DNA from: a virus
DNA: 64,000 bases
IMG/VR virus record: IMGVR_UViG_3300045988_084534
Location: 1 to 64,000 of that record
Reading direction: 5' to 3' (one strand)
Position numbers and translations under genes: made by a program. The notes beneath the pieces were generated by a model. The model did not search any database. It worked only from the letters and a program-made list of their open reading frames with translations, and was not told the DNA's origin. Below, one piece after another: positions 17,045-27,029 of the stretch (position 1 is the stretch's first letter; each line of letters begins with the position of its first letter).

Positions 17045-17073
17045 TTGACAATCAATAGATTGTGTGATATAAT
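17045..17073 (+). promoter_or_regulatory. consensus sigma-A promoter firing into an ORF-free region
   Basis: TTGACA (17045-50), 17 nt, TGaTATAAT (TATAAT at 17068-73), starting 3 nt after the stop of the preceding gene. Confidence 0.8.
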
Positions 17074-17079
17074 ACAACC

Positions 17080-18056
17080 ATGGAATTGCGGCTAATATCT
17101 GCGGAGTTAGCCTTGGCTTGGGGATGCGTCCTACAAGTTTCATAATAGAGGAAAAGCCTGAACGCTTTTCGCTGTCATATGACAGAATTTATCTTATCGG
17201 TAGCGTCAGTTGCAAATGGCGCTACCAACCTTAATTCGATTCATTCTTTGCTAGGTGATTTGTGTTAATCATGCTTGCGGGGCGATTAACCCGCCTAGCA
17301 GAGTTGAATATAATCTAAGCCGTAATCTGCAATTCAGCAGAGCCTAATACGAGCATGACGTTGGTTGTGGCGGGCTACGTCAACATAGTATCGTAAACTG
17401 TATCGGCTCAGTTTTCATCTCGACCACGCAATCTCTAAAGTATCCCGTTTAAGTGAGCAACGGCGAATCTGTAAGTGGGCGTGTTGGAGATTTATAACCG
17501 ACAAAATCCTATCCTTGACGATAGGCATATAACAACAGGTGTGTTATATGAGCGTATGAAGCATATGGCTCGGTTGTCTTTGAGTTATATGTGGACGTTT
17601 ACATTGGGTTCTCAGCGCACCACAAGGCAACAAGAAAGCGCTGACCGACTATGCGGTAAAGATGGGACAACAGGCATTCATAGGAGCTGATGACGAACCA
17701 TGTAATTCCCAACATAGCGCCATGCGTGGGTGAAATAAGATGAGGCGCAAAAAACATAACAGTGAGTGGCGCTAGATGCCCGATGGCGCTTAATAAATGG
17801 GGTTTTAATAGTTGTATCTAGGTATATACTAAAACTGCCTGTCGCTACTACTCATTGGCGGCTATGAATATCCGAAAGGAGGTCACTTTCTCTTGAATTA
17901 TCCACTGGTTTATCCGAAGCATAATTGACGAAAGGAGGTGACAGTGGCGATAGCCACATATCTACAATAAGCCCAACTCAATGGGAACTGTTGTTTAACT
18001 GAATATTGAACCTTGACAAATACGAAGCAGCTAAGAGCAATCTTGGCTGCTTCGTC
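17080..18056 (+). ncRNA. candidate large structured noncoding RNA (about 975 nt), class unknown
   Basis: No credible ORF. At least 13 hairpins or nested stems were read by eye (e.g. 17090-17112, 17151-17170, 17199-17226, 17250-17299, 17526-17550, 17612-17644, 17716-17790, 18022-18055). It is locally GC-richer than its flanks. Confidence 0.5.
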
Positions 18057-18097
18057 ATATTTATAGGAAAATAAACGGAACGGAAAGGAATGAGAAT

Positions 18098-18922
18098 ATG
18101 TTTTGCCCATATTGTGGCAAGGAAAAGCAAGATAGCCAATTCTATAAAAGTCCAATCAAAACGGGCGAATATATTAAACCATGCAAATCATGTGTAACTG
18201 AGCTATATAAGCAAGCTCTTGAATCCACTAAAGACCAAGGCGCGGCATTATGGTCAACCTGTATGCAGACCGGCATTCCTATGAGACGGGCTGAATATAC
18301 TGCTTGCCTTGATACGCTAGAAAAGGCGGCTAAAGGCAAAAAGCCTAGTCTATTTATATTGTATCACACATATTTGTCTACATCGCCTGATAAATTAACA
18401 GGTGTATGGGATAGTGATATGGAGTTGTCTAATTTCAAGGATTTGGGCGATGTGGCTAAAGGTGAAACTGATGAAGTTGCGCTTAAAGCAAGATGGCGCA
18501 AACAATGGGGCGGCGACTATGAAGATGAGGACTGTCAGTGGCTAGATGATATGTTTGATAGTTATACATCTGGTGTATTTGAAATGGACACCGCCATGGA
18601 AATGCGCTATCGTGATTTGTGTAAGCTAGAACTTGAACAATATAAAAATGGTGTAAATAAAGATACACAGTCGCAGATTAAAACGCTTATGTCTCTACTT
18701 AAACTTGATGATTTTAAGAGCAATCAGAAGTCGGACGCTGAACGAGCATTTGAGAAACGAGTTGCAATTATAGAATCAACTAGACCGGCTGAATGTGAGG
18801 AATTAAAAGAATTTCTTGATAAAGTTGGCTATGAAAAAGAAAAAGCTATGATGATGCGTAGCTTGCGAAATGCAATTTGCAACACCCGCGAATATCCTGA
18901 TGTGAGCAAGGAGGAAGCTTGA
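18098..18922 (+). CDS. possible small terminase subunit (Zn-ribbon N-terminus)
   Basis: Called by position immediately upstream of, and coupled to, the large terminase. CPYCG..CKSC. No motif-level support for function. Confidence 0.4.
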   Translation: MFCPYCGKEKQDSQFYKSPIKTGEYIKPCKSCVTELYKQALESTKDQGAALWSTCMQTGIPMRRAEYTACLDTLEKAAKGKKPSLFILYHTYLSTSPDKLTGVWDSDMELSNFKDLGDVAKGETDEVALKARWRKQWGGDYEDEDCQWLDDMFDSYTSGVFEMDTAMEMRYRDLCKLELEQYKNGVNKDTQSQIKTLMSLLKLDDFKSNQKSDAERAFEKRVAIIESTRPAECEELKEFLDKVGYEKEKAMMMRSLRNAICNTREYPDVSKEEA

Positions 18923-20763
18923 TGGGGCGCTCTCAAATGGGTGGCATTCGTAGGGCGTACATGGCTGACAAGCTGCGTGGAACTGTATCTGGCAATGAGA
19001 ATATTGACACTGAAATAGAAGAACGAATAATAGATTGGAACACATTATATCGGTATAATTGGGACATCTATACAGAATTTCACCTTGATATATCATTAAA
19101 GCCGTATCAGCGTGACGCAATACACGAGATTGGAGTTAGTGACACATTTTTTTGGAGAGCGGGTCGTGGTGGCGCAAAATCGTTTGTTACAGCTTGTGCA
19201 GCAATGTGTAAGCTCATGCTCTATCCAAACTGTTGGATCGTTGTCACTGCATCCACAGTAGACCAAGCAAATGCTATTGTTGAAGATAAAATTCAAAGAG
19301 AATTGATAAACAAACTCTCACCTTATTTGAGATACTGTTACGAAAAACAATGGCTAGTTATTACTAAACCGGGTGATGGATATAGAATTGAAAACACACT
19401 TAACAACTCTGTTCTTCGTGTATTAGCGCCTGTTGAATCTAGCCGTCGTAGTCGTTCTAATTTTACAATTTATGATGAAGCGGCAGTTATGAAAAAATCT
19501 GCAATCGACCAGATTTTTGAAGGTATGGCGTTCCCAAGACAACCTCTTTATCTCAATAATCCAAAATACGCAAACAATAAAAGATGGCTTGAAGAACCAA
19601 AGAGCATCTATCTCACATCTTCTAAATATAAGTACCAGTGGTGGTATCGTACTTGGAAAGATTGTGTAACAGGATATTATATGGATAAAAAGTCTAGGTA
19701 TAATGTATTTGCGTCTGACTTCTTTGATAACATAGAGAACGGATTAAAAACATGGGGTGATTATCGCCAAAAGAAGCGCACTATGAACGACCAAGATTTC
19801 AGAATGGAAATGTTAAATGAGGCAATAGGCGAGAATGAAGATGCGTTTTTTACAATTAAGCAATTCAAAGAGAGTCAAATTATTGAGCGGTGCTTCCGTC
19901 CACCTACTGCGTTACAGTTCTTTGCTGGTGAACAACCTGACTTCCCAGAAAAGAAAGAGGATGAGATACGGTTGGTAATCATGGATATTGCTTTTGCGAA
20001 CACCACTGGTTGCACAAAGAATGATAATACTATTATCACGCTTATGTCGGCGCATTGGAATAGTAAAAAGAATAGATTTGAACGGCACATTGATTATATA
20101 GAAGGACATAACGCATCTGATACAATCGGTGCATCTGATAGATTTAGATACCTTAAATGGGTATATGACGCAGATTATGCCGCATTTGATGGAAGAAGTG
20201 GTGGCGAGGTTATATATAACCACTTAACCGAGCCATTGCCGATGCCTAATCTTGGTGCAAGGTGGAATGGTTGTGGGTTGAGTCCTGCTGAAAAATATCA
20301 TGTTGTATCTGATGCAAAGTTGACTGATTATCATAGTCGCGTTGTTGATAAAAATGCTGTTCCGTGCTTAATCCCGGTTATAGCTACTCCTGAAATAAAT
20401 AGCCAAGGTTGGCTATCATTGCGTAAACAGCTTGAAACCAATAATATGAAATTCCTTATTTCCATGCAAGATTATCAGAATGAGCTAACAGATAGCGGTG
20501 AATATTATCAATATACTGCTGAAGAATTAGCTAATCAGCTTGAGCCGTATGGTCAAACTGATATGATGGTTATAGAGGCGGTTAATCTAAAGACGGTCAT
20601 TAAGCAGGATAAAATCAAACTAGAAGAACCGCGCACAGGCACAAAGGATAGAATTGTAACCATTATGTATGGAAACTATATTATTGATTTGATTGAGAAC
20701 GCATGGCAGCAACAGTTGCAAGAAGATGAGTTTGATATAGACTCCATTCAATTAGTATATTGA
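18922..20763 (+). CDS. terL: terminase large subunit
   Basis: Walker A-like WRAGRGGAKS, Walker B-like FTIYDEAA; 613 aa; ATG follows AAGGAGGA. Confidence 0.8.
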   Translation: MGRSQMGGIRRAYMADKLRGTVSGNENIDTEIEERIIDWNTLYRYNWDIYTEFHLDISLKPYQRDAIHEIGVSDTFFWRAGRGGAKSFVTACAAMCKLMLYPNCWIVVTASTVDQANAIVEDKIQRELINKLSPYLRYCYEKQWLVITKPGDGYRIENTLNNSVLRVLAPVESSRRSRSNFTIYDEAAVMKKSAIDQIFEGMAFPRQPLYLNNPKYANNKRWLEEPKSIYLTSSKYKYQWWYRTWKDCVTGYYMDKKSRYNVFASDFFDNIENGLKTWGDYRQKKRTMNDQDFRMEMLNEAIGENEDAFFTIKQFKESQIIERCFRPPTALQFFAGEQPDFPEKKEDEIRLVIMDIAFANTTGCTKNDNTIITLMSAHWNSKKNRFERHIDYIEGHNASDTIGASDRFRYLKWVYDADYAAFDGRSGGEVIYNHLTEPLPMPNLGARWNGCGLSPAEKYHVVSDAKLTDYHSRVVDKNAVPCLIPVIATPEINSQGWLSLRKQLETNNMKFLISMQDYQNELTDSGEYYQYTAEELANQLEPYGQTDMMVIEAVNLKTVIKQDKIKLEEPRTGTKDRIVTIMYGNYIIDLIENAWQQQLQEDEFDIDSIQLVY

Positions 20764-21000
20764 TATTTGCCTATGAAGCGGCGGCTATGTTGGTGTGTTG
20801 CCGTTGAGGTACTATTAGGGTTGTGTGAAATCCAAGTTCCAACTTAGGTTTAGTCAAAAGCCGAAAATAAAAACACTCAAAAATATAAAACGAGCAGATA
20901 GGGAGGACAAGTAGCTCAATGAACTTTGGCATACGTTAATGAAGTCCATAATCTAACTGCTCTAATATATAAACAATAAAACAAAGAAAGGAGGTTGAAG

Positions 21001-22578
21001 ATGCCAAAAAATAATAAAGATGTGAAGCTGTCTAAAAATGACCTTCAGGACATTATTGATTTTAGTGCAGGTCTGATGGCGGTTGATAATTTCTATTCAC
21101 CATTTCTGAGCAATCAGCTATTGACTAATCTAAACAATAATCCGCGCTTACCTAATGCGGAAGCGGTAAAAAAGGCACTCAATGATTATAAGAATAGCGG
21201 CGCTGATTTACAGGGGTTTGTAGAATTTGCATCAGCGTTTGATATGATTTTCAAGCGCACTTTATATTCTTATGCAAATGCGCTATCTTTCGACCTTCAG
21301 ATAACGTGCAAAAACGCATATACAAAAGGCGACTATGAATCAGAGGAATATAAGAAAGATCGACAGACAGTAGATAATTTTCTTACTAACTTTGATTATA
21401 AGAAAGAGTTCTACAATGTTCTGCTAAACGTTCTAAAGCGCGACTCATATTTTACTTGGTTTAGAAAAACTAAGAGCGGCAATCGCGGTAAGATGAAGTA
21501 TGCTCTACAAATTATGCCGCAGGATTATTGTATGCTTACAGGATACTTTGAAAAAGGACTGCTGTGGTCTTTTAACGTAATGTATTTCGTACAGCCGGGC
21601 GTAGATATTGAGGGGTTTGACCCAAGTCTTAAAAAGACGTATCTCGATGCGATTGAAAATGCGGAGCTAAATTATAGACCATCTGCACCACTAGACCAAC
21701 GAACTGGCTCATATGCTCTATGGGCAGATGTATCACCACTTAATGGTGCTTATGCTTGGAAATTTTCTACAGACAACTTTGCCAGCAATCCCTTCTTAGC
21801 ACCATATGTAGCAAATGTTCTACGCAGTGATGAGGTTGGCGAATTACAGTATAATAAAGACCTTATCTCTGCTGCTGGTATTCTAGCTGGTGAGATTAGA
21901 TTATTTGATTCAGCCAAGTCGGGTACGAAGGCGAATCAGTTCGCTATTGACCCGAAAACGCTTGGAGCATTTATGCAAAAGGCTGCTAATGGATTAAAGA
22001 ATACTGTCAAATTGGCAGCTATGCCGCTTGAGAATATTAAGTTCTTCCAATTTGAGGACAAGAACCCAAATAGCTATACAAATGAACTAACTACAACGGC
22101 TGGCATTGGTACTGGCATTAGCCGTGTTATCTATTCATCTGATAAGATGAGCAATGCAGAACTAGAGGCGGCGCTTAACGAGGTTTATCAGACTATGAAG
22201 CCAATGTATGCTCAGTTTAATAATTTCCTTGATTTCTATGTAAATCAAATGACGAGCAAATATAAGTTCAAGTTTGAGTTCGTTGGCTCTAACTATCAAT
22301 TTGAGCGAGATGCCCGATTTGATAAGATGATGAAGATGGCTGATAAGGGGCTTGTGCTCAATTCGTCTGCATGGGCTAGTGCTGTTGGCATGAATCCTGT
22401 TACATTTGATAGGATGCTTGCTGAGAGTAAATATACTGGATGGATTGATAAGTATTCAACTATGATGCTTAATGCTAATACATCGTCTTACAAAGATAAT
22501 GAGGGTGGTAGACCGCGCAAATCAGGCTCGTCTTTAACTGAATCAGGCGAAGCAAGCCGAGAAACATTAGAGGAATGA
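21001..22578 (+). CDS. portal protein (by position and size)
   Basis: 525 aa, first large ORF after terL, RBS AAGGAGG. No specific motif recognised. Confidence 0.55.
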   Translation: MPKNNKDVKLSKNDLQDIIDFSAGLMAVDNFYSPFLSNQLLTNLNNNPRLPNAEAVKKALNDYKNSGADLQGFVEFASAFDMIFKRTLYSYANALSFDLQITCKNAYTKGDYESEEYKKDRQTVDNFLTNFDYKKEFYNVLLNVLKRDSYFTWFRKTKSGNRGKMKYALQIMPQDYCMLTGYFEKGLLWSFNVMYFVQPGVDIEGFDPSLKKTYLDAIENAELNYRPSAPLDQRTGSYALWADVSPLNGAYAWKFSTDNFASNPFLAPYVANVLRSDEVGELQYNKDLISAAGILAGEIRLFDSAKSGTKANQFAIDPKTLGAFMQKAANGLKNTVKLAAMPLENIKFFQFEDKNPNSYTNELTTTAGIGTGISRVIYSSDKMSNAELEAALNEVYQTMKPMYAQFNNFLDFYVNQMTSKYKFKFEFVGSNYQFERDARFDKMMKMADKGLVLNSSAWASAVGMNPVTFDRMLAESKYTGWIDKYSTMMLNANTSSYKDNEGGRPRKSGSSLTESGEASRETLEE

Positions 22579-22582
22579 TATT

Positions 22583-23095
22583 ATGATGTTATCAGAAAGA
22601 ACAAGTGAAGCCCTAGATATTCTAGTTGGGCAGTATTTCCAGTTGAACCGCACGTTCGATAGGTGCGTGTCGTGGATGGAAGTAAAATTTGCTATGCCAA
22701 ATGCCGCAAATATTATCCATCATAAATTAGCGCATCTATGGCCGCTTATGGCTGATACTGTGAGCGACTTTAAGCATCAGTGGAATATTACCACATATTA
22801 TCCTGAGACGCGCGGCGATAAGCGCACATATGATAATCTTGAGCAAATGATGGGTACTATGCTTAGAGAAACGCTTGACCTATATCAAGTTATTAAGCAG
22901 ACGTATTATATTGCTAAAGAAGAAAAAGATTTTAACGCAAATGCTATGCTACAAGATTTGATGGAAGATATGAACAAAGTCGTAGCGCAGATTATTCTAT
23001 TGGATGATAAAGCTAAACAAATGCCAACAGAATATGATGAATATGATCGGCATATTGACAGTTGGGGAATTGTTGGCTTGGAGGATTATCAATGA
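22583..23095 (+). CDS. hypothetical protein (170 aa)
   Basis: ORF track; RBS. Confidence 0.65.
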   Translation: MMLSERTSEALDILVGQYFQLNRTFDRCVSWMEVKFAMPNAANIIHHKLAHLWPLMADTVSDFKHQWNITTYYPETRGDKRTYDNLEQMMGTMLRETLDLYQVIKQTYYIAKEEKDFNANAMLQDLMEDMNKVVAQIILLDDKAKQMPTEYDEYDRHIDSWGIVGLEDYQ

Positions 23096-23268
23096 TTATC
23101 CTTGGAATCCCAAAGAATCCAGAAGATTATTTCATTGCTGATAGCGCGCTTGCTTGGGAACTTGATAAGGCTGGATTTTCCGCTAAATACCTAGACGAGG
23201 ACGCGCATTATTATAAGCGCAATGCAAAATTGCTAAAATGGTTAAATAAGAATGGAATGGAAGGATAA
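23092..23268 (+). CDS. small hypothetical protein (58 aa)
   Basis: ATGA overlap with the previous stop; GGAGG 7 nt upstream. The track start at 23062 is less likely. Confidence 0.5.
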   Translation: MIILGIPKNPEDYFIADSALAWELDKAGFSAKYLDEDAHYYKRNAKLLKWLNKNGMEG

Positions 23269-23294
23269 TACGCCGAGAAAGGAGGAGGCTATGA

Positions 23295-23714
23295 TTGGAA
23301 ACAGTCAAGAATATTGCCGCAATTTTAGGAGCAATCCTTTCGCTAGCAGCGGTTATTACCCTATGTTGCAAACCTATTAAACTCTATATTGCGAATGCTC
23401 TAAAGAAATATCAGAGTGAACAAGATGATAAATTAAAGCAAAATACCCTCAAAGCGACGCTCAAGAGAATTGAGAGTAAGCTAGATGCAACTGTAGCATA
23501 TACAACTGAGGCGTGTCGTGGTGAAATCAAAAATATGTTCTACAGATATATGGAAAACAAGACACTGCCATATTATGAAAAGATGCACATGTTGCAGATT
23601 GAGGATATTTATGTCAATAAGCTGCAAAAGAACCATTATACTAAGGGGCTTATTGAAGAAATGAAAACGTGGTCTGTTGACTATACTGGTGTTGATTCAC
23701 AAAATGTCAATTAA
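23295..23714 (+). CDS. hypothetical protein with N-terminal TM helix
   Basis: TTG start 6 nt after GGAGGAGG; the hydrophobic stretch IAAILGAILSLAAVITLCC. Confidence 0.6.
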   Translation: METVKNIAAILGAILSLAAVITLCCKPIKLYIANALKKYQSEQDDKLKQNTLKATLKRIESKLDATVAYTTEACRGEIKNMFYRYMENKTLPYYEKMHMLQIEDIYVNKLQKNHYTKGLIEEMKTWSVDYTGVDSQNVN

Positions 23715-23805
23715 CCATAAATGGGCGGCTTGGGCATAGTGCTCTTTGGGCCACTGTAGACGGGATGAATATCTCGTTATATCCTTGAAGAAAGGAGGAA
23801 GATGA

Positions 23806-25317
23806 TTGGAAAAAACAATTAAATTTGAAGCATCAAGTATCAAGCATATTGATATGAGCGAATACGATAATGATGATTATATGGTAGGTCGGACGGCATT
23901 TTTATCAACACGTCCAAACTCGCATGATATTGTCATTCCAGAAAATGTACTCAGAGAATATGCGCCGTCTGTACTAGGTAAATGGGTCACTGCTGAGGTT
24001 AAATTTAATGATTGCACTACACATACCAATGGGCAATCAATCGTAGGGATTGTGCCGAAAGAACAGGACGTTGAGTTTGTCGAAGCTGATGATGGTTATC
24101 TTGATGCTTATGTTGATTGTATTATTAGTAAACGATATGCTAAAGAATATTGTAATGTTTTCTCAGAAGATGATGCACAACGCTCTGTAAGTATTGAGGC
24201 TACATTCTCAATGGTTGACGAACATGAATGTGATGGATTTGATATCAAAACGATAACAACCCTCGGAAGAACAGTGCGCCCATCTGTGCCTGACGCAAAT
24301 ATTACAATCGTTAGATTCTCAGAGGAAGATGCGGAGAGCTATTACAGTAATCTACATAAATCTGATTCTCTATCTAATCTAAAGCAATTTGTCGAAGAAA
24401 GGAAACAATCAATGGCTGAAAAGAAAACGTATAAGATTGACAAGTCTAAAGAAGCCATGTCTACGGCTGATTGGGGCGATTATGATAAGGCGGCTATGAG
24501 AGATAAAATCATGGAGGCTAAGAATCGTGACACACTTGTTAAATCTGTATATCTACTTGTAGAAGATGGTTGGAAAGATGCGCCATCTGAACACCTCAAG
24601 TACCCAGTTATGATGCTTGAAGGTGACAAATTCATCTATAACCGAAACGCTCTGAGCGCTGCACTAGCATATGCAAAGCAGAATGATGAGACTGAGGTTG
24701 TAAATAAAATTAAGGCTATCTATAAGAAGTTAGACCTTGATGACGATTCTGAAAGAAAGGAGGAGGCTAAAATGGAAGAAATTAAAGAACTCGCCGCCAC
24801 TGAGGTTGAGGCTGAATCCACTCTTGAGGAAAAGAAAGAAGAAATGGCCGAGACAGAGACTGAGGTTAAGGCTGAAGAACCAAACTGTGACGATTGCGAT
24901 GAGCATGACCACGATGATGGGCATGAGGAAGAAATGTCTGCAGACGAAATGAAGGCAAAGATGGCTGAACTCGAAAAGGACATTGAATCCCGCGATAATA
25001 TCATCATGGAAAAGGACGCAGAACTAGAAGAACTGCGCAAGTTTAAGGCAGAAGTTGAGGAACAGCGTAAGGCTGCAACCGTTGAATCTATTATGGCTGA
25101 ATGCAAGGAATATATGTCTGATGAGCAGTATAAGGAAATGCGCGAAGAAGGCATGGCTTGCAAGATGGCTGAGATTGATGGCTGGACAAATAAGGTCAAG
25201 GCTGTATCTTTCTCTGCTGTAAAGAAGAATGTAAAGAAAACAAATGATGGGCTGTTCCGCTTTGCGGCTCCTATCGACAACAACAAGAAATCCAACTCTG
25301 TTTGGGATAGAATTTAA
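23806..25317 (+). CDS. head-morphogenesis protein: possible prohead protease/scaffold-type protein with acidic coiled-coil C-half
   Basis: Lies upstream of the capsid gene. The E/K-rich C-terminal half (EELRKFKAEVEEQRK..) is typical of scaffolds. The protease assignment is not motif-supported. Confidence 0.45.
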   Translation: MEKTIKFEASSIKHIDMSEYDNDDYMVGRTAFLSTRPNSHDIVIPENVLREYAPSVLGKWVTAEVKFNDCTTHTNGQSIVGIVPKEQDVEFVEADDGYLDAYVDCIISKRYAKEYCNVFSEDDAQRSVSIEATFSMVDEHECDGFDIKTITTLGRTVRPSVPDANITIVRFSEEDAESYYSNLHKSDSLSNLKQFVEERKQSMAEKKTYKIDKSKEAMSTADWGDYDKAAMRDKIMEAKNRDTLVKSVYLLVEDGWKDAPSEHLKYPVMMLEGDKFIYNRNALSAALAYAKQNDETEVVNKIKAIYKKLDLDDDSERKEEAKMEEIKELAATEVEAESTLEEKKEEMAETETEVKAEEPNCDDCDEHDHDDGHEEEMSADEMKAKMAELEKDIESRDNIIMEKDAELEELRKFKAEVEEQRKAATVESIMAECKEYMSDEQYKEMREEGMACKMAEIDGWTNKVKAVSFSAVKKNVKKTNDGLFRFAAPIDNNKKSNSVWDRI

Positions 25318-25343
25318 TTTATTATAAAGGAGATTATATAATT

Positions 25344-25829
25344 ATGGCACATACTATTGTGAACGGTATGCACTGTGCATATATGAACGTTGATGCTTAC
25401 AATTTCTGCGGTATCGCCAATGCTGATATTGATAACGGCACTATTCTTACTCTTGGTGATATGAAGCTCAAGACTAATGATGGCGGCTTTGAGTTTGCTG
25501 TTACCGCTGGTGGCGACGGTGAGTTTATTGCTATTACCCCTGAAGTTGGTTATGGTCTTGAAGCTCAGATTTATGCTGACCCCCGCTACTTTACTAACAA
25601 GGCTGGCAAGCCTATCTCTGTAAAGCGTCTAGTCAAGGGCGACTCCATTGAGATTACTGTCGATGGTTTTACTGCTGACCCCGCTGATTCTGCTTATGCT
25701 AAGGTTGATGCTACTGGTAAGCTAACCGGTCAGGCGACTGCTACTGGTGCTGCATTCAAGGTTCTTTCCACTCATAATATGGATGTTGGTTCTGAAATCG
25801 TCAAGACTTGGATTCTAATGAAGATTTAA
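25344..25829 (+). CDS. head-associated protein (161 aa), possibly decoration/auxiliary
   Basis: Called by position. Its codon usage (gct/ggt/ctt-rich) is the same as the adjacent capsid gene. Confidence 0.45.
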   Translation: MAHTIVNGMHCAYMNVDAYNFCGIANADIDNGTILTLGDMKLKTNDGGFEFAVTAGGDGEFIAITPEVGYGLEAQIYADPRYFTNKAGKPISVKRLVKGDSIEITVDGFTADPADSAYAKVDATGKLTGQATATGAAFKVLSTHNMDVGSEIVKTWILMKI

Positions 25830-25867
25830 TCTTGCGATATTGAATAATATATAAAGGAGATAATACT

Positions 25868-26959
25868 ATGATTTCTAATGAACTAATCACCTTTGCCAAG
25901 GGCAATGCTGATTTCTATACTGCATACGAAGATTATCATAATCATAAGGCTGCTACTCAGTGGAACGAGAAGCTAGGCGCATACGATACTAATGTTGCTC
26001 TTTCCGAGAAGTCTGAGAAGGTATATCATGCTTACTTTGCAGAAATTGAAAAGATGTCCAACTGCCCTCTAACTGAGGCTAACCGCGACGCATGGTTTGC
26101 TAACCCAGTTGTTCGTTGGGCAGAGCTTGCTGTTGAGAATGCAATGCTCAACCTTATTCTTCCTGCATATGTTCAGGCTGCATTTGCTCCATTCGTCAAT
26201 ATGCGTCTAACTGGTTACGCTGATGCTATTCATGTTGAAGTTCCTGCCAAGACTCTATTCACTAATAGCCTTGGTGCAAAGGGTGAGCGTGTAACTCATC
26301 GTCAGAGAAAGTTCCGTGGCGACCTCGTTCTAAGCCCTGTTGAGCATATCATTACCGAGTATGTTGATATGGCTCGTGTTTATGCTCGTAAGGATGATAT
26401 TGCTGAAGCTATGCACCGTGTCGTTATTTCTGCCGAAATCGGCATGAATAACGAAATCAACAAGGCTCTCAATGCCGGTCTAGCTGGCGCTTCTCAGCCT
26501 TCTCAGTTCAAGGAGTCTGGCGCATTTGATGCTAAGAAGCTAGTTCAGCTTGCACAGCGAGTTCAGGCTTATAACGGCATGGCAAAGCCCATCATTCTTG
26601 GTACTGCTGCCGCTCTTATGAATGTTCTACCTGATAGTGCTATGGGTTATCGTGTGAACATTGATGGTAAGGAAGGCGTTGTTTCCTTCGTCAAGAATTT
26701 CTACGGTTTTGATGTTTATGAACTACCTCAGGCTCCTACTGGCACTGCTGATTTCGGCATGGCTCTATCCGATACTGCTCTTTACGTTGTCAGCCCCGCT
26801 GTCAACAAGGTCATCGAAGGCGCTGTTGTTACCGCTATGACCAACGGCAATCAGTTCTATGATAATGCTGACCTTACCTCTAATGGTACTCTCCGCAAGG
26901 CATATGACTTCCAGTTCTCTGGTGGCGCGTTCATCGGTTACTACAATATTACCGAGTAA
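25868..26959 (+). CDS. major capsid protein (by position, size, codon bias)
   Basis: 363 aa, strong RBS, distinctive highly-expressed-type codon usage, followed directly by a strong terminator. Confidence 0.6.
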   Translation: MISNELITFAKGNADFYTAYEDYHNHKAATQWNEKLGAYDTNVALSEKSEKVYHAYFAEIEKMSNCPLTEANRDAWFANPVVRWAELAVENAMLNLILPAYVQAAFAPFVNMRLTGYADAIHVEVPAKTLFTNSLGAKGERVTHRQRKFRGDLVLSPVEHIITEYVDMARVYARKDDIAEAMHRVVISAEIGMNNEINKALNAGLAGASQPSQFKESGAFDAKKLVQLAQRVQAYNGMAKPIILGTAAALMNVLPDSAMGYRVNIDGKEGVVSFVKNFYGFDVYELPQAPTGTADFGMALSDTALYVVSPAVNKVIEGAVVTAMTNGNQFYDNADLTSNGTLRKAYDFQFSGGAFIGYYNITE

Positions 26960-26970
26960 TTTATATATTT

Positions 26971-27000
26971 GAGAGGGGTTAATAGCCCCTCTCTATTTAT
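26971..27000 (+). terminator. intrinsic terminator after the capsid gene
   Basis: gagagggg ttaatag cccctctc followed by a T-rich tail. Confidence 0.75.
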
Positions 27001-27029
27001 AACGGAAATAAGAAAGGAAAATAAAAGGA

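Noticed and set aside
17199-17250. tRNA-like element (ggtagcg...cgctacc followed by ttcgattc)
   Set aside because: I could not build a cloverleaf with an acceptor stem and anticodon arm. No other tRNA was evident in the window, although no tRNA-detection program was run.
17475-17690. 71-aa ORF inside the ORF-free structured region
   Set aside because: No Shine-Dalgarno sequence precedes it. Its composition is unremarkable and it lies across several strong hairpins. I treat it as chance reading frame in a GC-richer noncoding stretch. The tiny SD-preceded ORFs at about 17899 and 17945 (11 and 8 codons) are also too short to call.
20764-20994. 230-nt gap between the terminase and portal genes as a possible sRNA or pac site
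   Set aside because: I found only short (4-5 bp) complementarities, with no promoter or terminator. The evidence is insufficient.
24720-25295. 191-aa Ser-rich ORF antisense to the scaffold-like gene, plus 24730-24924 and 24737-24952
   Set aside because: This is the complement of GAA/GAG/AAG-rich coding sequence and is low complexity with no start context. It is a typical antisense artefact.
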